56,476 bases of DNA, taken from the IMG/VR virus record IMGVR_UViG_3300045988_061017. One strand, written 5' to 3'. The translations under genes and the position numbers were made by a program. The number at the start of each line of letters is the position of its first letter. Position 1 is the stretch's first letter. This stretch comes from a virus. This document shows positions 24,919 to 32,282 of this stretch, piece after piece. The notes under the pieces were generated by a model, which ran no database searches, had not been told where the DNA came from, and saw only the letters and a program-made list of their open reading frames with translations.

Positions 24919-25027
24919 CCCACTTTTTTTTTAACTTTAATGTGAAGAAAAAGTTTAATAAATATATATAATTAACAAAAAATTTTGGGTTTTTGTCCAA
25001 GAAGGTAGTCCCAGCTTAAGAAGCGAC

Positions 25028-25056
25028 TTTAAATTTAGTTTCAGCTATGGTATAAT
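25028..25056 (+). promoter_or_regulatory. Sigma-A-type promoter with extended -10
   Basis: TTTAAA -N17- (TGg)TATAAT at 25051..25056. Confidence 0.6.
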
Positions 25057-25062
25057 TTAAGA

Positions 25063-25164
25063 GCCACACAATCATATATTGCTAAACGTTTAAGGGAATG
25101 ACTTTGGTAAAAAGTGTATTCTCTCTTTACTTGTACCCTTAGACGGAAAGCAAGATTGTGTGGC
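25063..25164 (+). ncRNA. ~100-nt rod-like structured RNA element (5' leader or sRNA), class unknown
   Basis: Nested helices: gccacacaatc/gattgtgtggc (11 bp), ttgct/agcaa, cgtttaaggg/cccttagacg (10 bp), gtaaaaag/ctctttac; starts ~7 nt after the -10 box. Confidence 0.5.
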
Positions 25165-25171
25165 AACAATG

Positions 25172-25221
25172 GGAGATGCCTTTTTCGGTGCGTCTCTCAA
25201 ATGGGGCGCACTTTTTATTTT
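25172..25221 (+). terminator. Terminator hairpin (25188..25211 + T-run) overlapping an alternative upstream hairpin (25173..25196): attenuator-like switch
   Basis: gagatgc/gcgtctc (A) and gtgcgtctc/gggggcgcac-type stem (B) share 25190..25196; B is followed by tttttatttt. Confidence 0.55.
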
Positions 25222-25263
25222 GCGTTTCCATATTGATATTCTGGATATGGAGGAGCAAGTGTT

Positions 25264-25830
25264 ATGGGATCTAATAATAAATCAAACAAAAACTATGCTG
25301 GCGTTCTCGGAGCAATAGGAGCTGTAGCAGGGTTAGTTCAAGCAGCATCCCCAATGGTAGAGAAAGCGATGGACAAATCTAAAAATACATCTGATAAAGC
25401 TGACACTAAAGTTATAATTCCAGATTTATATCGTAAAGATTTTCCGATAGATTTGGAGCAGGCAAAAACATTACTTTCTGATAGCGGATTAAAATATTCT
25501 GAAAGTAAGATGGTTATTAAAGATGCAAATAAGAAATATAAGGATTGCTTTGATTTCCAAGTTATCACTTCAAGTCCTAAGCAAGGTGTATCGGTAAATA
25601 CAGGTACAACCGTATATTTAAAATATATAACTCAAGAAGTGATTGATGCCAGCATAAAAATTTTTGAGGATGAAGAGAATGCCAAAGCTGAGCGTAAGGA
25701 AAAGAAAGCGATAGAGAAACAAGAACGTAAAGACCAACGAAAAGAGAAAGTTTCTGAAATTGTTGATAAAACAAAAACTACAATCAGTCATGTATTTAAG
25801 AAAGGAGATTCTAACGATGAGCAAGAATAG
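25264..25830 (+). CDS. membrane-anchored PASTA-domain protein
   Basis: 188 aa; N-terminal TM 'AGVLGAIGAVAGLVQA'; 'IPDLYRKDFPIDLEQAKTLLSDSGLKY...VITSSPKQGVSVNTGTTVYLKY' fits the PASTA pattern; Lys/Glu-rich tail. Confidence 0.55.
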   Translation: MGSNNKSNKNYAGVLGAIGAVAGLVQAASPMVEKAMDKSKNTSDKADTKVIIPDLYRKDFPIDLEQAKTLLSDSGLKYSESKMVIKDANKKYKDCFDFQVITSSPKQGVSVNTGTTVYLKYITQEVIDASIKIFEDEENAKAERKEKKAIEKQERKDQRKEKVSEIVDKTKTTISHVFKKGDSNDEQE

Positions 25831-25939
25831 AAAGAAGCGTGGTACAGCCGGATTAATTCTGGATTTGGTATTGACCATTTGTACAGGAGGTCTTTGATTA
25901 ATATGGATACTGATAAGGTATTTGAGAAATAACAGCTAA
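25817..25939 (+). CDS. small membrane protein interrupted by in-frame TGA (26 aa, or 40 aa if TGA is read as Trp)
   Basis: ATG 25817, 8 nt after aaaggaga; 'GLILDLVLTICTGGL-TGA-LIWILIRYLRNNS-TAA'. The terminator follows the second stop, not the first. Confidence 0.5.
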
Positions 25940-25953
25940 ATATATTTTTGAGA

Positions 25954-25988
25954 CAGAGATGCTTAATTGTGTCTCTGTTTTTTTATAC
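25954..25988 (+). terminator. Rho-independent terminator
   Basis: cagagatgc/gtgtctctg stem then ttttttta. Confidence 0.75.
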
Positions 25989-25996
25989 TATTTTTT

Positions 25997-26027
25997 GCGC
26001 GCGAAAAATACATTCTCTTTTATGAGG
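25997..26027 (+). promoter_or_regulatory. Conserved promoter-like motif, copy h (1-nt longer spacer)
   Basis: gcGCGCGAaaaaTACAttctcttTTATGAGg right after a terminator. Confidence 0.45.
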
Positions 26028-26098
26028 AGAGAGGTAAAATATGCATTTTTTAACAGCATTCACTTTCTCTTTTAATATTTGTGAAAGGAGCTTACAAA

Positions 26099-26389
26099 AT
26101 GTTAGAAAACAAATTCCAGGCTAATTTAATTAAAGAGCTTAAGAGACTTTTTCCTGGATGCATCGTTATGAAGAATGACGCAAGTTATATTCAAGGTATT
26201 CCAGACCTGCTAATTCTTTATAATGATAAGTGGGCTTCTTTGGAATGTAAGAAAAGCGCGTCGGCTAGTAAACAGCCTAATCAAGAATATTATGTGAATC
26301 AAATGAACAGGATGTCTTTTTCCCGTTTTATTTGTCCGGAGAACAAGGAGGAAGTACTATATGAACTTCAACAATCATTCCAATCTTGA
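26099..26389 (+). CDS. VRR-NUC / PD-(D/E)XK nuclease
   Basis: ATG 26099 after gaaaggag; 'GIPDLLILYNDKWASLECKK...QPNQEYYVNQM' matches the VRR-NUC D...ExK...Q pattern. Confidence 0.65.
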   Translation: MLENKFQANLIKELKRLFPGCIVMKNDASYIQGIPDLLILYNDKWASLECKKSASASKQPNQEYYVNQMNRMSFSRFICPENKEEVLYELQQSFQS

Positions 26390-26918
26390 GGGGCAGCACG
26401 CTTTTCTAGGAGCTAGTAAATATCATTGGATTAATTACAGCGAAGATAAAGTTGCCGATGCCTATTCAAAATTTCTTGCTACTCAGAAAGGTACTGTGTT
26501 GCACGCATTTGCTGCACAGTGTATTTCTTTGGGACAGAAATTACCAAAATCACAAAAGACTTTGAATATGTATGTTAATGATGCCATTGGTTATAAGATG
26601 ACACCAGAGCAAACATTATTCTATTCTGAAAACTGTTTTGGAACAGCAGACTCAATTTCATACAGGTCTGGATTACTCAGAATTCATGATTTGAAGACAG
26701 GAGTAATTCCGGCACACATGGAGCAGCTTATGATTTATGCCGCTCTTTTTTGTTTGGAATATAAAGTAAAACCTGCTGATATTGATATGGAATTAAGAAT
26801 TTATCAGAACAACGAAGTCCTGTATCATAATCCAACAGCAGAAGATATTGTTCCAATTATGGATAAAATCATTACCTTTGACAAGGTTATAAGAAAAATA
26901 AAAGAACAGGAGGGTTAA
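26361..26918 (+). CDS. PD-(D/E)XK exonuclease-like protein (RecB/Cas4-like, DUF2800-type; tentative)
   Basis: 185 aa, RBS aaggagga; 'GTADSI...LRIHDLKTG...QLMIYA' fits D...(D/E)xK...Q..Y. Confidence 0.5.
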   Translation: MNFNNHSNLEGQHAFLGASKYHWINYSEDKVADAYSKFLATQKGTVLHAFAAQCISLGQKLPKSQKTLNMYVNDAIGYKMTPEQTLFYSENCFGTADSISYRSGLLRIHDLKTGVIPAHMEQLMIYAALFCLEYKVKPADIDMELRIYQNNEVLYHNPTAEDIVPIMDKIITFDKVIRKIKEQEG

Positions 26919-26921
26919 TCT

Positions 26922-29711
26922 ATGAATCGAGTAGCTAAAGTATTATCTCAGATTTCAGATGATATGCTTATGCATTACGGTGTCGCGAGAAGATCTGGTC
27001 GATATCCATGGGGTTCTGGAGATAACCCTTATCAGCACAGTGGAGATTTTCTGAGTCGTGTGCAGTCTTTAAAAAAGTCTGGTATGAGTGAAACAGATAT
27101 TGCTAAGACTATGGGGCTTACAACAACTCAGCTCAGAACACAAATGAGTCTTGCTAAAGATGAAAGAAGAGCAGTGCAGGTTGCAACAGCAAAAGACCTT
27201 CGAGAAAAAGGTTACAGTTTGAATGAAATCGCTGACAAAATGGGTTTTGCAAATGACTCATCTGTAAGGTCTTTGTTGAATGAAAATTCAGAAGCAAGAA
27301 TGAATCAGGCAAAAGCCACTGCTGATGTTCTTAGAAAGCTTATTGATGAAAAAGGTATGATTGACGTTGGTACTGGAGTCGAAAGAGAACTTGGAGTTTC
27401 GAAAGAGAAACTTAATCAAGCTCTTTATATTTTGGAAATGGAAGGTTATCCGATTTATGGAGGCGGCGTTCCACAGGTTACTAATCCTGGAAAACAGACA
27501 AACATAAAAGTAATCTGTCCGCCTGGAACAGAGCATAAGGATATTTACAATTATGAGGATGTACACTCTGTAAAGGACTACATATCTTATGATGGAGGCG
27601 AATCTTTTAGAAAAGGTTTTGAATATCCTTCTAGTATGGACTCCAATCGACTTGCTATCAGATACAAAGAAGATGGTGGCATTAACAAAGATGGCGTTAT
27701 AGAACTTCGTAGAGGAGTTCAGGATTTATCATTAGGAGATTCTCATTATTCACAGGTTCGAATAATGGTAGACGGAAAGAAATATCTAAAAGGAATGGCT
27801 GTCTATTCTGATGATATGCCAGATGGCGTTGATGTTATTTTCAATACCAATAAATCAAAGTCAGTTCCTAAAATGGAAGTACTTAAGGATATTAAAAATG
27901 ACCCTGATAATCCTTTTGGTTCTTTAATAAAGGAACATGGCGGTCAAAGTTATTATGATGACCCCAAAGGAAAGTATATAGACCCTGTAACTGGGAAAAA
28001 ACAGAGCTTGTCTTTAATCAATAAGAGAGCCGAAGAGGGAGATTGGGGAGAATGGAGTAAAACACTTCCATCTCAGTTCTTATCAAAACAGAGTTTATCT
28101 CTTATTAAAAAACAGTTAGGTCTTGCGACAGCAGATAAGCAATCTGAGTTTGATGAGATTTGTTCATTAACTAATCCTACAGTAAAGAAAACTTTATTGA
28201 AATCTTTCGCTGATGATTGTGATTCAGCGGCTGTACATTTACAGGCAGCGGCATTGCCAAGACAGAAATATCAGGTAATACTTCCTTTGACAACAATTAA
28301 AGATAACGAGGTGTATGCACCTAACTATAAAGATGGTGAAACAGTTGCATTAATTCGTTACCCTCATGGAGGAACTTTTGAGATACCAATTTTAAAAGTA
28401 AACAATAAGTTAGTTGAGGGAAAGAGAGTCCTTGGCAATACACCTGCTGATGCCATTGGTATTAATAAAAAGAATGCAGATAGATTATCCGGAGCAGACT
28501 TTGATGGCGATACCGTAATGGTAATACCTTGTAATTCCTCAAAGAGTAAGGTAAAGATTACTTCTACACATTCTTTAAAAGGATTAGAAGACTTTGATAC
28601 TAAGGACGCATATGGTCCAGATTCTAGCAAGCCTGTAAAAGTAGATTCTAAAGGAAAAGAGTATTACACCAGAAATGGTAGAACATACCAGAGGATGACA
28701 AATACTCAGACAGAAATGGGTAAGATTTCTAACCTTATTACAGATATGACTTTGAAAGGTGCTACTGAACCAGAATTAGCAAAAGCTGTTCGTCATAGTA
28801 TGGTCGTTATTGATGCTCAAAAACATAAGCTTGATTATAAGCAGAGTGAAATTGATAATGACATTGCAACTTTGAAGAAGAAGTACCAAGGTACAACAGA
28901 TTCAAATGGTCACTATCATGAAGGTGCGTCTACTCTTATTTCAAGAGCAAAATCTGAAACTTCTGTATTAAAGAGAAAAGGAAGTCCGACCATCAATGAG
29001 GATGGTTCTCTCAGCTACAAAGAAGTTAAAGAAACATATACTGACAAAGATGGAAAAATAAAAATTCGTACTCAGAAGAGTACAAAGATGGCTGAAGTTA
29101 AGGATGCCAGAGAATTATCATCTGGTACTCCACAGGAAGAAGCATATGCAAAATATGCAAATTCTATGAAATCTTTAGCAAATCAGGCAAGAAGGGAAAT
29201 GGTTAATACTGGAAAGATTGCCTATTCTGCTTCTGCAAAAGCAACTTATCAGTCTGAAGTAGACTCCCTTATGGGAAAATTAAATGTTGCTTTGATGAAT
29301 GCCCCCCGTGAAAGACAAGCCCAGACTATTGCGAATGCCGAGGTTCAATCTAAGAAAAGAGATAACCCAGATATGACAAAGGCTGAAATTAAGAAGGCAA
29401 GTCAGCAGGCTCTTTCGAAAGCCCGTAATTCTGTAGGAGCTAAGAGAACTTCTATAGATATAACTGATAAGGAATGGGAGGCTATACAGGCTGGTGCTAT
29501 CAGTGAGAACAAGCTAACACAGATACTAAACAATACTAATATTGATGTTGTCAGACAAAAGGCTACTCCTCGTGCCACAACATCGCTTAGTACAGCTAAG
29601 CAGAATAGAATATCAGCTCTTTCTGCATCTGGTTACAGTACATCTGAAATAGCTGAAGCTTTAGGAGTATCTACTTCAACTGTATCTAAGTATCTGAATG
29701 GAAAGGAGTGA
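26922..29711 (+). CDS. YonO-like single-subunit two-barrel (beta/beta'-related) RNA polymerase with terminal HTH modules
   Basis: 'VALIRYPHGGTFEIPILKV..LVEGKRV...NADRLSGADFDGDTVMVIP' parallels beta' 'NRAPTLH...EGKAI...NADFDGDQMAVH'. 'KGMAVYSDDMPDGVDVIFNTNK' parallels beta 'NKGV...EDMP...G..VDIVLNP'. HTH-like 'SGMSETDIAKTMGLTTTQL', 'KGYSLNEIADKMGF' and C-terminal 'SGYSTSEIAEALGVSTSTVSKYL'. Confidence 0.75.
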   Translation: MNRVAKVLSQISDDMLMHYGVARRSGRYPWGSGDNPYQHSGDFLSRVQSLKKSGMSETDIAKTMGLTTTQLRTQMSLAKDERRAVQVATAKDLREKGYSLNEIADKMGFANDSSVRSLLNENSEARMNQAKATADVLRKLIDEKGMIDVGTGVERELGVSKEKLNQALYILEMEGYPIYGGGVPQVTNPGKQTNIKVICPPGTEHKDIYNYEDVHSVKDYISYDGGESFRKGFEYPSSMDSNRLAIRYKEDGGINKDGVIELRRGVQDLSLGDSHYSQVRIMVDGKKYLKGMAVYSDDMPDGVDVIFNTNKSKSVPKMEVLKDIKNDPDNPFGSLIKEHGGQSYYDDPKGKYIDPVTGKKQSLSLINKRAEEGDWGEWSKTLPSQFLSKQSLSLIKKQLGLATADKQSEFDEICSLTNPTVKKTLLKSFADDCDSAAVHLQAAALPRQKYQVILPLTTIKDNEVYAPNYKDGETVALIRYPHGGTFEIPILKVNNKLVEGKRVLGNTPADAIGINKKNADRLSGADFDGDTVMVIPCNSSKSKVKITSTHSLKGLEDFDTKDAYGPDSSKPVKVDSKGKEYYTRNGRTYQRMTNTQTEMGKISNLITDMTLKGATEPELAKAVRHSMVVIDAQKHKLDYKQSEIDNDIATLKKKYQGTTDSNGHYHEGASTLISRAKSETSVLKRKGSPTINEDGSLSYKEVKETYTDKDGKIKIRTQKSTKMAEVKDARELSSGTPQEEAYAKYANSMKSLANQARREMVNTGKIAYSASAKATYQSEVDSLMGKLNVALMNAPRERQAQTIANAEVQSKKRDNPDMTKAEIKKASQQALSKARNSVGAKRTSIDITDKEWEAIQAGAISENKLTQILNNTNIDVVRQKATPRATTSLSTAKQNRISALSASGYSTSEIAEALGVSTSTVSKYLNGKE

Positions 29712-29720
29712 ACATAGAGA

Positions 29721-29984
29721 ATGGATGTAACTAAGTGTGCATTGACTACAATTGACAACCCTTATGATCCATTCGACCAGTTCACCGAATGGATGCTATA
29801 TGACGAGGAGAAAGGCTATCACTCGACATCGTATCTTGGTCGCATCGCAAGGACATCGGATGAGCTATCGGATGAAGAGAATGACAAAGAGATTGAAAGA
29901 GCGATAGATGAAATCATCAAATATGATTTTAGAAACATATACAAGAAAGTGAAGAAAACACTAAAAATTACACAGACTGCTTAG
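29721..29984 (+). CDS. hypothetical protein
   Basis: 87-aa ATG ORF, RBS aaaggag. Confidence 0.6.
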   Translation: MDVTKCALTTIDNPYDPFDQFTEWMLYDEEKGYHSTSYLGRIARTSDELSDEENDKEIERAIDEIIKYDFRNIYKKVKKTLKITQTA

Positions 29985-30083
29985 TGGGTATAGGGGGGTG
30001 TCTGAAAAACATACCCCCATCCATATCGCGGCGGTCTTTATCTTTTCCCCAGAGGGAGATTTTTGAAAAATGTTCTTACATAT

Positions 30084-30207
30084 CAGCAGGGTTTTAAAGA
30101 GTTTATAGGATTATTACTTAGCGGTGGCTGGCTCATCTTTAAAGGTTGTCTCCTTTCATATACAAGAGTGGTGTAATAGTCTCTGTAAGCTCTTTAAAAC
30201 CCTGCTG
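30084..30207. repeat. Long inverted repeat / 124-nt hairpin in the RNAP-terminase intergenic region
   Basis: cagcagggttttaaagag (30084..30101) is the exact reverse complement of ctctttaaaaccctgctg (30190..30207); further inner pairing gattattac/gtaatagtc. Confidence 0.8.
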
Positions 30208-30255
30208 AAACTTTATATAAAGTGTGCAGAAATTACTTAAAAGGAGGCGGTAACT

Positions 30256-30618
30256 ATGAGGAAAGTTAAGCCAGACTCATCTTCTGATACTGCCAGTCAG
30301 CGAATGCGACCAGCAATTACACCAGAAGCAAGACAGAAACAAATGATTTCTCTTGCAACTGATTGTGCTGAGGATTTAATGAGGTCTGGGAAGGCACCAT
30401 CGCAGATAATTGTTCATTATTTAAAGCTCGGAACAAAGCAGGCAGAGCTTGAATTAAAAAGAACAGAAAAAGATTTAGCGTTAATAGATGCTAAAACAAA
30501 AAGTATTCAATCAGCAGAACAAGCGGAGCAAACTTATAAGAATGCTCTTGAGGCTTTCAGAGGATACAGCGGACAGGACACACAAAGGGAGAGCGACGAA
30601 TATGAGTGGGATGATTAA
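30256..30618 (+). CDS. putative small terminase / packaging accessory protein
   Basis: 120 aa at the head of the packaging module; helical, basic N-terminus. Assignment is by position only. Confidence 0.35.
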   Translation: MRKVKPDSSSDTASQRMRPAITPEARQKQMISLATDCAEDLMRSGKAPSQIIVHYLKLGTKQAELELKRTEKDLALIDAKTKSIQSAEQAEQTYKNALEAFRGYSGQDTQRESDEYEWDD

Positions 30619-31024
30619 AACATATACGGAGCTTATCCGTTTATCAACATTTCGAGAAAGGTTTGAGTATTTGAAATTAGATGGTTCTGTTGGAATAGAA
30701 ACATTTGGTTTTGACAGATATTTGAATCAAATTTTTTATAATTCAAAAGAGTGGAAAAGACTTAGAAATGAAATCATTGTTAGAGATAAAGGATGCGATT
30801 TAGCTTGTGAGGGATATGAAATTCAAGGAAATATCATTATTCATCATATGAATCCAATTACACCAGAGGACATCATAAATAGAAATGATGACTTACTTAA
30901 TCCGGAGTATTTGATATCAACAGTATTGAATACTCACAATGCTATACATTATGGTGATTCGAGCTTATTACCACATGCATTTGTAGAGAGAAGAAAAAAT
31001 GATATGTGTCCATGGAGACATTAG
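30602..31024 (+). CDS. HNH endonuclease
   Basis: ATG 30602; 'RDKGCDLAC...IIIHHMNPIT...NTHNAIHYG' (HNH H-N-H pattern) next to the terminase genes. Confidence 0.7.
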   Translation: MSGMIKTYTELIRLSTFRERFEYLKLDGSVGIETFGFDRYLNQIFYNSKEWKRLRNEIIVRDKGCDLACEGYEIQGNIIIHHMNPITPEDIINRNDDLLNPEYLISTVLNTHNAIHYGDSSLLPHAFVERRKNDMCPWRH

Positions 31025-31037
31025 AAGGAGGTTACTT

Positions 31038-31349
31038 ATGAGTGAGGAAAGAAAAGAAAATCAGTCACTACAGACAACATCTGTCGCTAAGTCATCAGTA
31101 GAGTCAGCAGATACTAATACAATGAATGAGGATGTTAAAATTCTTGGCATTGTTGAAAGTTGTGGATATCTGAGAATACGAAAAGAACCAAACAAAGAAT
31201 CAGATGTTGTAGCGATAATTCCTGTTGGTACAATGGTAGAACTTGTAAATAATGAAGTTATTGACGGATTTTACGCTGTTCATACCGAAAACGGAGACGG
31301 TTATTGTATGGCTGATTTTATTCAGATTACTTATCCTGAAAAGGAGTGA
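31038..31349 (+). CDS. SH3b-like domain protein
   Basis: ATG 31038 after gaaggagg; 'GYLRIRKEPNKESDVVAIIPVGTMVELV...DGFYAVHTENGDGYCMADFI' resembles bacterial SH3. Confidence 0.45.
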   Translation: MSEERKENQSLQTTSVAKSSVESADTNTMNEDVKILGIVESCGYLRIRKEPNKESDVVAIIPVGTMVELVNNEVIDGFYAVHTENGDGYCMADFIQITYPEKE

Positions 31350-31353
31350 TTAT

Positions 31354-31728
31354 ATGGCAGCAGAGAGAATGAACGATAGTATTTTGGTATCAATTAAAAA
31401 AATGTTAGGCTTGCCAGATGAGTATGATGCATTTGATTTGGATATCATTACACACATTAATTCAGCGTTTACAATTTTGGCTCAGATTGGAGTAGGTCCG
31501 GCTAATGGATTTATGATCGAAGATAAAACCGCAGTATGGACTGATTTTATACAGGATATGGGAATTTATCAACTTGTAAAATCCTATATGGTATTAAAAG
31601 TTCGATTACTATTCGATCCGCCAATGAGCTCTGCTGTATTAGAATGCTATAAAACTCAAGCAAACGAATATGAGTGGAGATTAAAAACAATGGCTGAAAA
31701 CCAGGAGGTGAATAATCAAAATGAATAA
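31354..31728 (+). CDS. hypothetical structural/packaging-module protein (possible gp6-like connector family)
   Basis: ATG 31354 after aaaaggag; 'SIKKMLGLPDEYDAFDLDIITHINSAF...LKVRLLFDPP'; family name from memory only. Confidence 0.4.
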   Translation: MAAERMNDSILVSIKKMLGLPDEYDAFDLDIITHINSAFTILAQIGVGPANGFMIEDKTAVWTDFIQDMGIYQLVKSYMVLKVRLLFDPPMSSAVLECYKTQANEYEWRLKTMAENQEVNNQNE

Positions 31729-32260
31729 TGAATTAGAACACCATGGAATTAAAGGAATGAAATGGGGAGTGCGTCGTTATCAGAACAAAGATGGTTCTTT
31801 AACTTCTGCTGGAAGGAAAAAGCAATCTGATGGTAGCGGAGAAAAGAAAACTGTATCACCGAATACAAAGAAAAAGATTGCAGTAGCGGCAGTAAGCACA
31901 GCAACAATTGCGGCAGCAGCATATTATGTTCATAAGAATCCTGAAAAAATTGGGCAGGCAATGTCAAAGTTTAGAGGAGTGAAGATGAAAGATCTTAGTC
32001 AGAAAGCAGCTGATAAAGGCAAGGAATATGTTAAGAATGCTGTAAAAGGTGCTAAGGAGGGCGCAGAAGAAGCAATCAAAGAAGCACCTAAGAAAGCAGC
32101 AAAAGCAGTTGTTACTGGTGTTATCATGAACCAAACCAAAAAGGCTCTTGATTCGGCAGTAGGAAAGGAAGAAAGTGCAAAAATATTCCAGGCAAATGAT
32201 AATAAAAAAATCGGAAAATTCTGGAAAGTGTCACCCGATGATAAAGATGACGATGACTAA
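31721..32260 (+). CDS. 'KGMKWG'-motif protein with TM segment and Lys/Ala-rich tail
   Basis: 'HHGIKGMKWGVRRYQNKDGSLT' is paralogous to 20039..20956 residues 'HSGVKGMKWGVRNG'; TM 'IAVAAVSTATIAAAAYYV'. Confidence 0.6.
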   Translation: MNNELEHHGIKGMKWGVRRYQNKDGSLTSAGRKKQSDGSGEKKTVSPNTKKKIAVAAVSTATIAAAAYYVHKNPEKIGQAMSKFRGVKMKDLSQKAADKGKEYVKNAVKGAKEGAEEAIKEAPKKAAKAVVTGVIMNQTKKALDSAVGKEESAKIFQANDNKKIGKFWKVSPDDKDDDD

Positions 32261-32282
32261 CTAATCGAAAGGAAGACACAAT

